From NCBI GenBank assembly GCA_965279035.1, contig OZ257142.1, positions 640,001 through 704,000 on the forward strand: a stretch of DNA of 64,000 nt, in the 5' to 3' direction. This DNA comes from Bacteroidia bacterium. Its GTDB lineage: Bacteria > Bacteroidota > Bacteroidia > M30B66. The position numbers were made by a program, and so were the translations under genes. How positions within the stretch are numbered: position 1 is the first letter of the stretch; each line of letters opens with the position of its first letter. The notes beneath the pieces were generated by a model, which searched no databases, was not told the DNA's origin, and saw nothing but the letters and a program-made list of their open reading frames with translations. Positions 19,860-29,954 of the stretch are shown piece by piece.

Positions 19860-20633
19860 ATGAGTAGTACTGAGGAAACAGAAAAGAAGATTACCCATCA
19901 TTTAGAAGAGTGGTTAAGTGTTACCCAAAATACAGAAATCAATAAAAATATTCAGGGGTTTATTGAATCTGCAAAATCGGCTTTAAATATTCTCGCTAAT
20001 ACACGAGTAGCAGCATTTATTTACGATTATGAGCGTGGAAATTATGCGTATTTCAACAGCTATTTTCCCGAATTAATGAATACCACTTCAGAGAGAATTG
20101 AGGAAATTGGAATCCGAATAATGCAGGAGAGTGTTCATCCGGAAGATTTTATAAAATGCTTAAGTATAACTCGTCGCTCGCTTGCTGTATTTGATTTAAT
20201 GAAAGACGATGAGAAAGAAAGTACTCAGCTACGTTTATTTTTTCGCATTAAAAGAGCAAGTGGCGAATATTTCTGGGTGATGCAAAGTAATCGTCAAGTG
20301 AGATGGAGTAAATATGCACCAACGCTCGACTTAGCATATATCGTAGAGCTTTTCAATGATCATCACCCTATGAAAGTGATGGCTGTTTTGCAAACGAACA
20401 GTCGAAACATGAATATTTTTCCTGATGATGATACTGTTTTGTTAAGTAAGCTCACTATGCGCGAAATGGAAGTACTTCGGCTTGCATCCATGGGGCTTTC
20501 AACAAAAAATATTGCAGATAAATTGGTGGTTTCGGAAAATACAATTAAAACTCACCGACATAATCTAATCAAAAAACTCAAGGTTCGAAATATTGTTCAA
20601 GCTTCGAGTATGCTTGAAAAAATAGTAAATTAA
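19860..20633 (+). CDS. PAS-sensor LuxR-family transcriptional regulator
   Basis: PAS-like VHPED...FRIKRASGEYFWV; C-terminal LTMREMEVL...IADKL.VSENTIKTHRHNL; TATATTTG -7 element at 19834-19841. Confidence 0.9.
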   Translation: MSSTEETEKKITHHLEEWLSVTQNTEINKNIQGFIESAKSALNILANTRVAAFIYDYERGNYAYFNSYFPELMNTTSERIEEIGIRIMQESVHPEDFIKCLSITRRSLAVFDLMKDDEKESTQLRLFFRIKRASGEYFWVMQSNRQVRWSKYAPTLDLAYIVELFNDHHPMKVMAVLQTNSRNMNIFPDDDTVLLSKLTMREMEVLRLASMGLSTKNIADKLVVSENTIKTHRHNLIKKLKVRNIVQASSMLEKIVN

Positions 20634-21289
20634 TACTGATTTTTCATCTCCTGAAAAACAGCTGTTGCCCAACGTTTATATTCAATTCCTGAAGGATGAA
20701 GGCCATCGGTTGCAACAAGTTCATTCGAATGAATTGCTTCTTTTGAACCGACTGTTATATCCACATAATGAACTCCCATTTTAAGGCTAATTTCCTTGTT
20801 GATGGAATTAAACAAATCAATTTCTGTGGCAATAGCTGCCATATCACGATCGGCTGCAAAAGGCGTTGAGCCCCAATCGGGAATAGAAACTACCACTACG
20901 TGATTCTTATTTCCACCAGCAAAATCAATAGCTTGCTGCAATAGTTGTGTAAATTCCTTCCGATAAATCTCTGGAGAATTACCACGATATTGGTTATTCA
21001 CCCCGATGAGCAATGAAACAAGATCAAAAACGCCCTGTGGATTTTGTTCTAAAATAGCAGCTTGTAATTCGTCAGTTGTCCAACCCGTTTTTGCAATGAT
21101 TTCGGGCGATTGAAAATGAACAGTTGATGAGTTTATCCTACTCACAAACTGCATTGGCCAACGTTCTGATTCGCTTACTGCTTCACCGATGGTATAGGAA
21201 TCACCCAGTGCCAGAAATCGAAGCTGCTTTTGAGCTGTTGATTCTATCATTGTCAATAGAAGAATAGAAAATATGAAAATACGACTCAA
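20630..21289 (-). CDS. SGNH/GDSL hydrolase, secreted
   Basis: ALGDSYTIG, IGVNNQY and DGLHPS blocks; signal peptide. Confidence 0.92.
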   Translation of the reverse strand: MSRIFIFSILLLTMIESTAQKQLRFLALGDSYTIGEAVSESERWPMQFVSRINSSTVHFQSPEIIAKTGWTTDELQAAILEQNPQGVFDLVSLLIGVNNQYRGNSPEIYRKEFTQLLQQAIDFAGGNKNHVVVVSIPDWGSTPFAADRDMAAIATEIDLFNSINKEISLKMGVHYVDITVGSKEAIHSNELVATDGLHPSGIEYKRWATAVFQEMKNQY

Positions 21290-22767
21290 AGTTCTTTACG
21301 CATCCGTGCTACCGGAATATTAAGTTGTTCTCGGTATTTAGCAACGGTTCTGCGTGCTATGTTATAGCCTTTTTCACGTAATACTTTGGCGAGTTTATCG
21401 TCAGTAACAGGATGACTTTTATCTTCTGCAGCCACACATTCTTCCAATATTTTCTTCACTTCACGTGTCGAAACTTCTTCTCCCGAATCGGTCGATAATG
21501 ATTCTGAGAAAAAGGATTTTAGCAAGAATGTACCAAACGAGGTTTGAATATATTTGCTATTTGCAACTCGAGAAATTGTAGAAATATCAAGGAAAACCTT
21601 TTCAGCGATGTCTTTTAAAATCATTGGACGAAGTTTGGTTTCATCGCCACTGAGGAAGTATTCGTATTGATAATCCAAAATGCACTGCATCGTAAGCATA
21701 AGTGTTTGTTGACGTTGCTTAATTGCATCAATAAACCAGCGAGCAGAATCTATCTTTTGTTTAACGAACAAAACTGCATCACGTTGTTCTTTGTCGGATA
21801 CTTTTTTGGTTTTGCTATAATGAATGAGCATCTCCTGATACGTTCGGCTAATTCGAAGATCAGGAGCATTTCTAGAATTAAGTTGAAGTTCTAAAACACC
21901 TTCGTTATTATTCAGAATAAAATCAGGAATTATATGTTGAGTGCTCTTAGGAGAATCACTTTGAGAATTACCCGGCCTTGGATTTAATTTTAAAATTTCC
22001 TTAATCGCAGCTTTTAATTCCGTATCGGTTAATTCTAGCTTCTTGGCAATTTTATCATAGTGCTTGCGCGAAATTTCATCGATGCATTCACGCAAAATCA
22101 CCGCTGCTGTTTTCATCTCAACCGTTTGATGTTCTTTTCGGCGAAGTTGAATTAACAAACATTCCTGTAAATCGCGTGCACCAATGCCCGGAGGATCTAA
22201 TTCTTGGACTTCTTTTAAAAGTCGCAACACATCTTCCTCGCTGGTTAATATGTTTTGTGAAAAAGCTAAATCATCAACGATGGCGCTTATCTCTCGCCGT
22301 AAATATCCATCTTCATCAATGTTTCCAATTAAATACTCTGCTATAGGAAACTCTTCTGCACTCACATCGCGCAAGCCAAGTTGACTCAGCAGTTGCTCTT
22401 GAAATCCTTGTCCACCGGCAAAAGGAATCTCCTTCCGTTCATCGTCTGGACTATAATTGTTCGCTGTTAATTTATATGCAGGTGTTTCATCATCATCGAT
22501 ATAAGCACTTAAATCAAAATCTTCTCGATTCTGCTCCGAATGTGCTTCTTCATCGCCATCGTCTTTCGTTCCAAATGGATCTTCTCCAGCTTCTTCGTCT
22601 TTGACATCATCCGAATCAGTTCCTTCTTCCAAGGCTGGATTTATCTCCAACTCTTCTTTTATTCGTTGTTCAAGTGAAACCGTTGGTACTTGCAACAGTT
22701 TCATCAGTTGAATCTGTTGGGGAGATAATTTCTGCAGAAGTTTCTGCTGTAAACCTTGCTTAAGCAT
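21286..22767 (-). CDS. rpoN: RNA polymerase sigma-54 factor
   Basis: Q/L-rich region I, PPGIGARDLQECL, STISRV, and RpoN box ARRTVAKYRE. Confidence 0.97.
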   Translation of the reverse strand: MLKQGLQQKLLQKLSPQQIQLMKLLQVPTVSLEQRIKEELEINPALEEGTDSDDVKDEEAGEDPFGTKDDGDEEAHSEQNREDFDLSAYIDDDETPAYKLTANNYSPDDERKEIPFAGGQGFQEQLLSQLGLRDVSAEEFPIAEYLIGNIDEDGYLRREISAIVDDLAFSQNILTSEEDVLRLLKEVQELDPPGIGARDLQECLLIQLRRKEHQTVEMKTAAVILRECIDEISRKHYDKIAKKLELTDTELKAAIKEILKLNPRPGNSQSDSPKSTQHIIPDFILNNNEGVLELQLNSRNAPDLRISRTYQEMLIHYSKTKKVSDKEQRDAVLFVKQKIDSARWFIDAIKQRQQTLMLTMQCILDYQYEYFLSGDETKLRPMILKDIAEKVFLDISTISRVANSKYIQTSFGTFLLKSFFSESLSTDSGEEVSTREVKKILEECVAAEDKSHPVTDDKLAKVLREKGYNIARRTVAKYREQLNIPVARMRKEL

Positions 22768-23012
22768 CGTGATGCAATGTTAGTGAAAATCGGGTTCTGT
22801 CTGTTAAATGCTCTGTTGACAGGAATTTCCAAAAGCAATAATACAGGGTTGAAACGAGAATTTTCTAAGCCTGTTACTTCGCAATGAAATTAAATACCTA
22901 AATTCAACTTTCAATTTTTAAAATTGCTTGATACTTAAATCATCACGTAATAAAAATTTAAAAAGAATAGGGGATGAACCCTTCGTAAGGTGTCTTACGT
23001 TAAAATGAATTC

Positions 23013-23651
23013 ATGAAACGTTTTGCTTCTCGTGTTTTTTCGATCGATGCTTTTCGATTGATGTGTTTGTTGATTCTTGCATTCATGCAGGCAAGTCCTG
23101 TTTTAGGAGGAAATTCACCATCTCACACGCAACAACTACATTATACTGTATATGTGAGTGGAAGTAATCGAGGATCGCTAAACGCTGAAATTATTCGAAA
23201 GGCAGATAAATCCTTTGATATCCGACTTGAAACGAAATTACATTTTCCTTTTACGGATGTTGTTTCTCTGATTCAAGTTCATTATACAGCTCAAGGTTTA
23301 GAGAACGCTTCTTCTCAGAAACACATCAACAACGACTTGAAAGAATATTTTCAAACCAGACGTGCCGAAGGTGGTTATACGGTGGTAGATGTTGATGGAA
23401 ACAAAAGCATTTTCCCCGGAAAAATCCCTTTCAGTGTGGGGCGTTTATATCACGATGAACCTGTTGGAATGAAGGAATTATTCTCCGAACGTCTTGGCAC
23501 ATTTGTTCCTATCCGAACACTCAAAGCCGGCGAATACGAGCTCTTACAACCCGACGGAAAAAAGAATGTTTTCGTTTATCGTTATGGCATCTGTACTGAA
23601 ATGCGCACCGAAATGATGGCTTGCAATGTTCGCTTTGTGCTAACCGACTAA
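23013..23651 (+). CDS. Secreted hypothetical protein (DUF6134-like)
   Basis: Signal peptide; LYHDEP...FSERLG...[12 protein letters not shown] motif pattern recalled for this family. Confidence 0.6.
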   Translation: MKRFASRVFSIDAFRLMCLLILAFMQASPVLGGNSPSHTQQLHYTVYVSGSNRGSLNAEIIRKADKSFDIRLETKLHFPFTDVVSLIQVHYTAQGLENASSQKHINNDLKEYFQTRRAEGGYTVVDVDGNKSIFPGKIPFSVGRLYHDEPVGMKELFSERLGTFVPIRTLKAGEYELLQPDGKKNVFVYRYGICTEMRTEMMACNVRFVLTD

Positions 23652-25084
23652 AATTCTAGGTTTTTCGGCGTACGCGGAAATGGTATCACATCGCGGATAT
23701 TTCCCATTCCAGTTACAAACAACACCAAACGCTCAAAACCTAATCCGAATCCACTGTGCGGAACCGTTCCATATTGACGGGTTTCCAAATACCACCACAA
23801 ACTTTCGCGGTGTATTTTCATCTCATCAATGCGGCGACTAAGTTTTTCGTAATCTTCCTCCCGTTGTGAACCTCCAATGATTTCACCAATTCCTGGGAAA
23901 AGAACATCCATCGCCCGTACCGTTTTTCCATCTTCATCTTGCTTCATATAAAAAGCTTTGATGTCTTTTGGATAATTGGTCAGAATTACGGGTTTCTTGA
24001 AATGCTTTTCTACCAAATAACGCTCGTGTTCGCTTTGTAAATCAACGCCCCATTGAACGGGGTATTCAAACTTTTTACCGCTGCGTTCTAAAATGCTGAT
24101 AGCTTCAGTATAAGTCAAACGTTCAAAAGGTTGCTCAGCAACAAAATTCAATTTCTCTAGAAGTGCCATTGGATTGCGATCTTCTTTCTTCATCTGGCTT
24201 TCTTCCTCAATCAGGCGTTTTTCTAAAAATGCCAAATCATCGGCACAATACTCCATTGCATAGCGAATGAGGTATTTGAGGAAATCTTCCGCCAAATCCA
24301 TATTGTCTTCCAACTCGAAAAATGCCATTTCGGGTTCAATCATCCAGAACTCTGCTAAGTGACGAGTCGTGTTTGAATTTTCAGCACGGAATGTTGGTCC
24401 GAATGTGTAAACACGCGAAAGTGCCATGGCTGCTAGTTCCGATTCTAACTGTCCAGAAACGGTCAAGTTTGCATCTTTCCCAAAGAAATCCTGAGTTGAA
24501 TCAATACTGCCATCTTCGTTACGTGGCGGATTTGCAGCGTCTAAGGTCGTTACACGAAACATTTCACCTGCACCTTCAGCATCCGAACCTGTGATAATAG
24601 GAGCGTGGATGTAGTAAAAATGGTTGTCATTAAAATACTTGTGTATCGCAAAGGCTAAGGCATGACGAATACGCAAAATGGCTCCAAACGTATTGGTACG
24701 AGGACGTAAATGGGCAATCTCACGTAAGAATTCAAGTGTGTGTTTTTTCTTTTGAAGGGGGAACTTTTCAGCATCGGCCTCACCTAAAACTTCAATCTTG
24801 CTTGCAGAAAGATCGACTGCTTGTCCAGCACCTTGCGATGCAACTAAATTCCCTGTAACACGAAGGCTACAACCTGTTTGAACTTTCTTTAACAGCTCTT
24901 CGTCGAACTTTGAAAGATCAGCAACGATTTGAAGATTATGGATGGTTGAACCATCGCTCAATGCTATAAAGGCAATGTCTTTATTGCCACGTTTGGTTCG
25001 TACCCAGCCGGATACAGTAATTTCTTGGTTTTCGGGTTGGGTTATCAACCAATCGGCAATTCGTTTTTGATGCAGCGCACTCAT
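23648..25084 (-). CDS. asnS: Asparagine--tRNA ligase
   Basis: OB fold (GWVRTKR), [37 protein letters not shown] and GFGLGFER motifs. Confidence 0.97.
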   Translation of the reverse strand: MSALHQKRIADWLITQPENQEITVSGWVRTKRGNKDIAFIALSDGSTIHNLQIVADLSKFDEELLKKVQTGCSLRVTGNLVASQGAGQAVDLSASKIEVLGEADAEKFPLQKKKHTLEFLREIAHLRPRTNTFGAILRIRHALAFAIHKYFNDNHFYYIHAPIITGSDAEGAGEMFRVTTLDAANPPRNEDGSIDSTQDFFGKDANLTVSGQLESELAAMALSRVYTFGPTFRAENSNTTRHLAEFWMIEPEMAFFELEDNMDLAEDFLKYLIRYAMEYCADDLAFLEKRLIEEESQMKKEDRNPMALLEKLNFVAEQPFERLTYTEAISILERSGKKFEYPVQWGVDLQSEHERYLVEKHFKKPVILTNYPKDIKAFYMKQDEDGKTVRAMDVLFPGIGEIIGGSQREEDYEKLSRRIDEMKIHRESLWWYLETRQYGTVPHSGFGLGFERLVLFVTGMGNIRDVIPFPRTPKNLEF

Positions 25085-25138
25085 AGGTTATAGCTATTGA
25101 AGGCGCAAAAATAGTTCTTCCAATGGAATTCAAGCCCA

Positions 25139-25651
25139 TTAACCTTGAAGCAGTTTCAAATGTGCAGTATGATGCTTGCCATGCCAGCTATATAAAGCAG
25201 ATAAATAGGCAATCGAACGTGTGTATTGATACTGAGGATGGGTAAACATGCGGTGAAAATCAAGCTCTTGCAAACGATCGAGCAGATAAACCAAATGAGC
25301 ATGTGTATTTTCTATCAAATCGAGCGAGAATGAAATAGGCATCTCATAATCGCTTAAGCGTGCCCATTTTTCTTCATTATAAGGTTTGATGGTTGGATTA
25401 TCTTCTGTCAAAGCAAGTTTTAATCGAATCAAGCAGTTGATATGAGAATCCGCCACATGATGAATGACTTGCTTCCCAGTCCAACCTTCGGGGCGATAAG
25501 GCTTTGATAATTGTTCATCGCTTAAGGAATTTGCTACTTCTCGTATTTCGGATGGCAAAGAACGAATGGAATCAATCCAGCCGCGAATATCTTCCATTGG
25601 ATACGTTTCGGGCACAACCAACTTGCCTATGGGAAAACGAAGATGTTCCAT
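25139..25651 (-). CDS. YfiT/BstA family DinB-fold thiol transferase
   Basis: LRFPIG, YRPEGWT..QVIHHVADSH, LALTEDNPTIKPY.E and WHGKHH.AH motifs. Confidence 0.9.
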   Translation of the reverse strand: MEHLRFPIGKLVVPETYPMEDIRGWIDSIRSLPSEIREVANSLSDEQLSKPYRPEGWTGKQVIHHVADSHINCLIRLKLALTEDNPTIKPYNEEKWARLSDYEMPISFSLDLIENTHAHLVYLLDRLQELDFHRMFTHPQYQYTRSIAYLSALYSWHGKHHTAHLKLLQG

Positions 25652-25653
25652 GA

Positions 25654-26166
25654 TTAGTTTGCTTTTGAACTGTCGGTCTTTATACTGAGCTTATGCTTTT
25701 TTGCAAAATCTTCTTGATTCCGTTGAAAATTGGCAATTAAATCCTCACATTTTTTATCAATCTGTTTGTACAGAATTTCCAAACGTGCCTCATCTCCTTC
25801 GGAATATAAACTATCAGGTTGCGAAAGAATCTTTTCTGCATCGAGGTATTCTTTTTTCACCAGATTCTCATAGCCTTCTAACATAGCAATAGCCGATTGT
25901 CGAAATGAATCATCGCCATCGTATGCTTCCATTTTACGAACCTGATTTAATGAAGCTTCAATTTGTCTTTCGAGCTGTTGATGACGCATTTGCATCTCTG
26001 CTTCCACATACGAACTGAAAGCATCTTGTAATTCATCTGATTTTTCAATCACCCGAATCTGTTGAATGACTAAAGAATCGTTATAGACTTCGGGCTTAAT
26101 AGATGGACCAGAGCATGCGCTAATGAGCATACAGAAAAAAAGACTACTCAGAAAGAAGGTTTTCAT
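25654..26166 (-). CDS. Hypothetical helical lipoprotein
   Basis: Lipobox ISAC; YNDSLV...; ends FQRNQEDFAKKH. Confidence 0.7.
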   Translation of the reverse strand: MKTFFLSSLFFCMLISACSGPSIKPEVYNDSLVIQQIRVIEKSDELQDAFSSYVEAEMQMRHQQLERQIEASLNQVRKMEAYDGDDSFRQSAIAMLEGYENLVKKEYLDAEKILSQPDSLYSEGDEARLEILYKQIDKKCEDLIANFQRNQEDFAKKHKLSIKTDSSKAN

Positions 26167-26198
26167 AATGACAAAGAAAGCAATTCATTCCGTCCAAT

Positions 26199-26230
26199 AA
26201 AAAAAGCCTCCCATTTCTGAGAAGCCTTTT
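26199..26230 (-). terminator. Intrinsic terminator after the fasciclin gene
   Basis: Minus strand GCTTCTCA-GAAA-TGGGAGGC (with G-U pairs) followed by a U7 tract. Confidence 0.8.
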
Positions 26231-26252
26231 CAATTGATTGGTTGTTTTAACT

Positions 26253-26810
26253 TTAATTCGATGGAAGAAGAACTGCATCAATTACGTTTATGACTCCATT
26301 CGATTGATTAACATCTTCGATTGTTATGTTTGCTACAGTTCCTTTTTCATCTTTTACAATGAAGTTTCTTTCTCCATTCATCATCACATACAATTTGCCT
26401 CCACTTAATGTTTCAAGAACTGCTGTTCCGTTTCCTGCTTTAATTTTTGCAGCCAAGGTGCGACTATCTAGTTTTCCAGCTACAACATGATAGGTGAGAA
26501 TCTTAGTGAGTTGTGCTTTGTTCTCAGGCTTCAACAACGTTTCAACTGTACCTGCTGGTAGATTTTCAAAGGCATCGTTCGTCGGTGCAAATACGGTTAA
26601 TGGACCTTTTTGTTGAAGCGCATCTACTAATCCTGCAGCTTTAACTGCTGCAACAAGTGTTGTGTGATCCTTTGAATTGACTGCATTTTCAACAATGTTT
26701 TTGGTTGGATACATGGTCATTCCACCAACCATGGTGTTTTGTGCTTGAAGTGAAAATCCCGCTAGGGTAATTCCTGCAATGAATAGTGCTGTTTTAATGT
26801 GAGTTTTCAT
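26253..26810 (-). CDS. Secreted fasciclin (FAS1) domain protein
   Basis: TVFAPTNDAF (H1), ILTYHVV, SNGVINVIDAVLLP (H2); signal peptide. Confidence 0.95.
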   Translation of the reverse strand: MKTHIKTALFIAGITLAGFSLQAQNTMVGGMTMYPTKNIVENAVNSKDHTTLVAAVKAAGLVDALQQKGPLTVFAPTNDAFENLPAGTVETLLKPENKAQLTKILTYHVVAGKLDSRTLAAKIKAGNGTAVLETLSGGKLYVMMNGERNFIVKDEKGTVANITIEDVNQSNGVINVIDAVLLPSN

Positions 26811-26866
26811 AGAGCTGAAAGTTTAGAAGTATGTTTTTTTGGTGTTTGAAATATTCTGCTTTCAGC

Positions 26867-26892
26867 TACGGAAGGGAGTGAGCGTTTGGATT
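26867..26892 (-). promoter_or_regulatory. Candidate ECF-sigma promoter for fasciclin
   Basis: Minus strand AATCC-N17-CGTA, resembling the ATCC/CGTA promoters of SigK/RpoE-type ECF sigmas. It lies after a terminator that separates fasciclin from the sigma operon. Confidence 0.45.
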
Positions 26893-26964
26893 TTTATTAG
26901 AGAAATTAATTTATAACAAACTGGTAATCAAGCACAAAAAAGCTGTTTTTTTCATAAAAGGCAT

Positions 26965-26988
26965 AAAAAAAGCCGGACAAGCCGGCTT
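26965..26988 (-). terminator. Intrinsic terminator after the anti-sigma gene
   Basis: AAGCCGG-5nt-CCGGCTT stem with a U-tract on the minus strand. Confidence 0.8.
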
Positions 26989-27006
26989 AAAAATTAAATT
27001 GATTGT

Positions 27007-27801
27007 TTATGAAACTGAACCAAGAGCAACCAATTTTTCTAAGGTGGGACTTGGACTTCCTCCTTTTTTCTCAATTGTTATAGCGAACGCTTGTGCTTGA
27101 AGCAATTGAGGAATTGACTTAGCCAATTGAAATTGTCCAGTTTCTAACACACCCATATCGATTGGTTTGCCATCTACTAATGCCCAAAGTTGATATTGCT
27201 TATCAGCAGCAAGAAGGGGCAATTGTGTAGTAGAAATGAATACTTGTTTATCGGAATCTTTAAGAAAAACAACAGCATTCTCCCCAGGAACTTTGGTTTT
27301 ACTTGATAGAAGAATTTTACGTGTATCGGGTGATGAAATATCGGCTAGGTAATTTGTATTGGTTGCTAAGCGTTTATTGAGTTCGGCTACTTGTTGATTG
27401 GAACGAGAAACTTGCTCCTCTAATTCCGAAATACGATTGCTGAATTGGATATTTCTATAAAATAAAACACCCGTCGATAGTACAAGAGCAACACTAGCTG
27501 CAACAAGCCAAATGGGATATTTTGGTCGAATTTCGATGATTTTGCTTTCCTGCTTTTCTTCCAAAGTAAACTCATCTTGAAATGGTAGATTGTCGAGCAC
27601 TTTGGCCTTTAATCGCGCATCAGGATCTTTTGCATGAGCTAAAGAGAAAGCATTCAAGCCTTCTTGAATCGCATGGAGTTCTCGTTGAAGTTCAGGCCAT
27701 TCACGTAATTTCAACTCCACATCCTTCATTTCTTCAGGAGTGAGCGCATTTAGAGCATAAAGTTCTAAAATGCCAGAGTCGATGTATTCTTTCGTGTTCA
27801 C
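27007..27801 (-). CDS. Anti-sigma factor, RskA family
   Basis: YIDSGILELYAL N-terminus, single TM, coiled coil, KQYQLWAL..GKP.DMG and AFAITIEKKGGSPSPT motifs. Confidence 0.92.
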   Translation of the reverse strand: MNTKEYIDSGILELYALNALTPEEMKDVELKLREWPELQRELHAIQEGLNAFSLAHAKDPDARLKAKVLDNLPFQDEFTLEEKQESKIIEIRPKYPIWLVAASVALVLSTGVLFYRNIQFSNRISELEEQVSRSNQQVAELNKRLATNTNYLADISSPDTRKILLSSKTKVPGENAVVFLKDSDKQVFISTTQLPLLAADKQYQLWALVDGKPIDMGVLETGQFQLAKSIPQLLQAQAFAITIEKKGGSPSPTLEKLVALGSVS

Positions 27802-28349
27802 AGTGTGTTGAATATAGATCGAAGTTTTAAGATGGCGTTGCGAGCTCGTGTTTTTACTGTTCCAAGAGGAAGGTTAAGTTCTTCGGAGATTTCAATTTGA
27901 GTATATCCTCTAAAATACATGTAATCTAATATCTCCCTAAGTTCATTGGGTAAATCATCGACTAGCTTTCTTAAACCAATTTGATCTGTAGAAATGCCTG
28001 TAAATAATTGGGAACTCAATACAGGTACGAGATCATCGAAATTTCGGTTTTTTTGCTGCTGCTTTTGTTCAGACGAACGAAGCTTATCGATGCATAAATT
28101 GCGTGTAAGCTGCATCATCCAAGTATATAAACGGCCTTTAGATGCATCGTAAGATTGAATGTTATTGAATATTTTTAAAAACAATTCTTGAAGTAAATCT
28201 TCAGCAGCTTCTTCGGGCGAAATCATGCGCGCAATAACTCCATACAACGCGGCTTTATAATTATCATAGAGATATTCAAAAGCGGAACGATTTTTTTGGC
28301 AGAGTGCATCTACCAAAACAGATTCGATTTTATAATCAGGCTGATTCAA
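27798..28349 (-). CDS. ECF RNA polymerase sigma factor (SigK-like)
   Basis: AFEYLYD, AEDLLQE.F, YD..KG.LYTW...RN..ID and TQ.EI...L.LPLGTVKTR motifs; coupled to the anti-sigma gene. Confidence 0.93.
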   Translation of the reverse strand: MNQPDYKIESVLVDALCQKNRSAFEYLYDNYKAALYGVIARMISPEEAAEDLLQELFLKIFNNIQSYDASKGRLYTWMMQLTRNLCIDKLRSSEQKQQQKNRNFDDLVPVLSSQLFTGISTDQIGLRKLVDDLPNELREILDYMYFRGYTQIEISEELNLPLGTVKTRARNAILKLRSIFNTL

Positions 28350-28409
28350 GCGGTTGGGTAGCGCTAAAGTATCAGTTAATTGAATGCAATCAACTTAACA
28401 GAAACCAAT

Positions 28410-29846
28410 TTAATCTTGATGCACCCAACGTACAAACCAACTCGATCCATCATTCAACAAAATCTGCGAGAAATACCATCCTAGAGCCAATTCACTCGTG
28501 TTTAATTTGACTTGTTTTGAGGAGTATTCAACTTCCAATTGCATCAATCTTCCTTGACTATCGCGGGTTTGGATGCTTTGAATTGTTTTAGGTGAGCTAA
28601 TTTGGATGAAATTATCAGCAGGATTAGGGAAAACACGAATTTCAGCTAAATAGGCCGATGTACTCAAAAGCGGCTCATCACAATTACTTTGCTCGATTGC
28701 AACAATCCGATCGGAGAAAAATTCGGCAATCTCACTAACACGCGCTGAAGCTCCCAGTATAGAATGTCCCGCAGGATCTTGTAAACAATTAGGACTGCCA
28801 TTTTGGACAATGGCATTAAACACTGTTAAAGGATTGCTAACATTAGCAGCTTTTTGCGCAATAGAGCAAGATCCCGAAGCCCAAGGCATATTCCAAACGT
28901 GTGCACATCCTAAAAAGCCAAAAGGATCAAGGCAATTATAACTTAAGGAAGCCATAATAGGCGTTGTATTGCAATCAACTACTACATCAGTCGTTTGATG
29001 AAACAAATACAATAAAGGTTCTTCTCCAACAGATTGCTCAAATAGATTTCCCAGCATCCCACCGTAAAAATTAGCAATGCCTTTTACTTGAGAAGTATGA
29101 CCGTTGAGTGCAATCGTACCTTCAATATCGCCTAAATCGGGACGAGTACGACTAATGCTAGAGCCGGCAGAGTTAAAATAATCGTGGCAATAGGCAAGTG
29201 AATTGGATGGACCGGGAGCATCACTCAAAACACCAGCGGAATAGGGTTTTTCGTTGGGTGAATCAAGAAAAGCGGTAGCTAAGGCATTAAATCCTCCGGC
29301 GCTCACACCAGAGAGATAGACATTTTCTGTACATACTGAATCCAAGTTAGCTCGCCCTTTTAGAAAGCGAATGGCACCTTTCACATCCTGCATTCCACGA
29401 TAAATGGCACGAATAACTTCATTGGTATCGGCCGGATAGACACAATTTCCTTCTAGCGTAACAGCTGTGCAGGTTGCGGTATTACTTCCTCCATTGGGAT
29501 TGGGGTGAAATCCTAATCGGTAACTTACCGATGCAACTACATAACCCCGACTAACAAAATGAGGCGCTAAAAGCTGAATGTCGTTATCGTTGCGGTTGCC
29601 GGCAATCCATGCACCACCGTGGATGAGAACAATAAGTGGCCGATGGATATTTTGATCACCTACAGGTTTGTATAAGTTGAGGTATAACTCAACCGGATTT
29701 CCTGCATAGTTGATGGACGTTCCGTAGGGAATATCGAATTCGGTTCGATAGCTGTATTGCTCGCTTGTGTAAGCCGATTGAGACTTTCCTATGAGGGCAG
29801 AAAATGCAATAACTACAAGTAGTATAAAACGAAACATCCAATTCAT
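28410..29846 (-). CDS. Secreted alpha/beta hydrolase (carboxylesterase-like) with a T9SS type A C-terminal domain
   Basis: HGGAW oxyanion motif, YRLG, GVSAG nucleophile elbow, DVVV and GH; CTD VFPNPA...L..GWYF. Confidence 0.85.
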   Translation of the reverse strand: MNWMFRFILLVVIAFSALIGKSQSAYTSEQYSYRTEFDIPYGTSINYAGNPVELYLNLYKPVGDQNIHRPLIVLIHGGAWIAGNRNDNDIQLLAPHFVSRGYVVASVSYRLGFHPNPNGGSNTATCTAVTLEGNCVYPADTNEVIRAIYRGMQDVKGAIRFLKGRANLDSVCTENVYLSGVSAGGFNALATAFLDSPNEKPYSAGVLSDAPGPSNSLAYCHDYFNSAGSSISRTRPDLGDIEGTIALNGHTSQVKGIANFYGGMLGNLFEQSVGEEPLLYLFHQTTDVVVDCNTTPIMASLSYNCLDPFGFLGCAHVWNMPWASGSCSIAQKAANVSNPLTVFNAIVQNGSPNCLQDPAGHSILGASARVSEIAEFFSDRIVAIEQSNCDEPLLSTSAYLAEIRVFPNPADNFIQISSPKTIQSIQTRDSQGRLMQLEVEYSSKQVKLNTSELALGWYFSQILLNDGSSWFVRWVHQD

Positions 29847-29896
29847 GAAAGCAATTTACAGTTTTTCAGAAACAACCTTTATAGCATTGGTCACGC

Positions 29897-29936
29897 AAAA
29901 AAAATCCCGTCTTGCAAGGAGGCGCAAAACGGGATT
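29897..29936 (-). terminator. Intrinsic terminator after hppD
   Basis: AATCCCGTCTTGC / GCAAAACGGGATT inverted arms plus a U-tract on the minus strand. Confidence 0.8.
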
Positions 29937-29954
29937 CCGAACTGAATCAAAAAC

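Noticed and set aside
22977-23001. GAACC...CGTT ECF-like promoter and a CGTAAG/CTTACG hairpin before the DUF6134-like gene
   Set aside because: The AAC-to-CGT spacer is 18 nt, longer than typical, and the hairpin is short; insufficient support.
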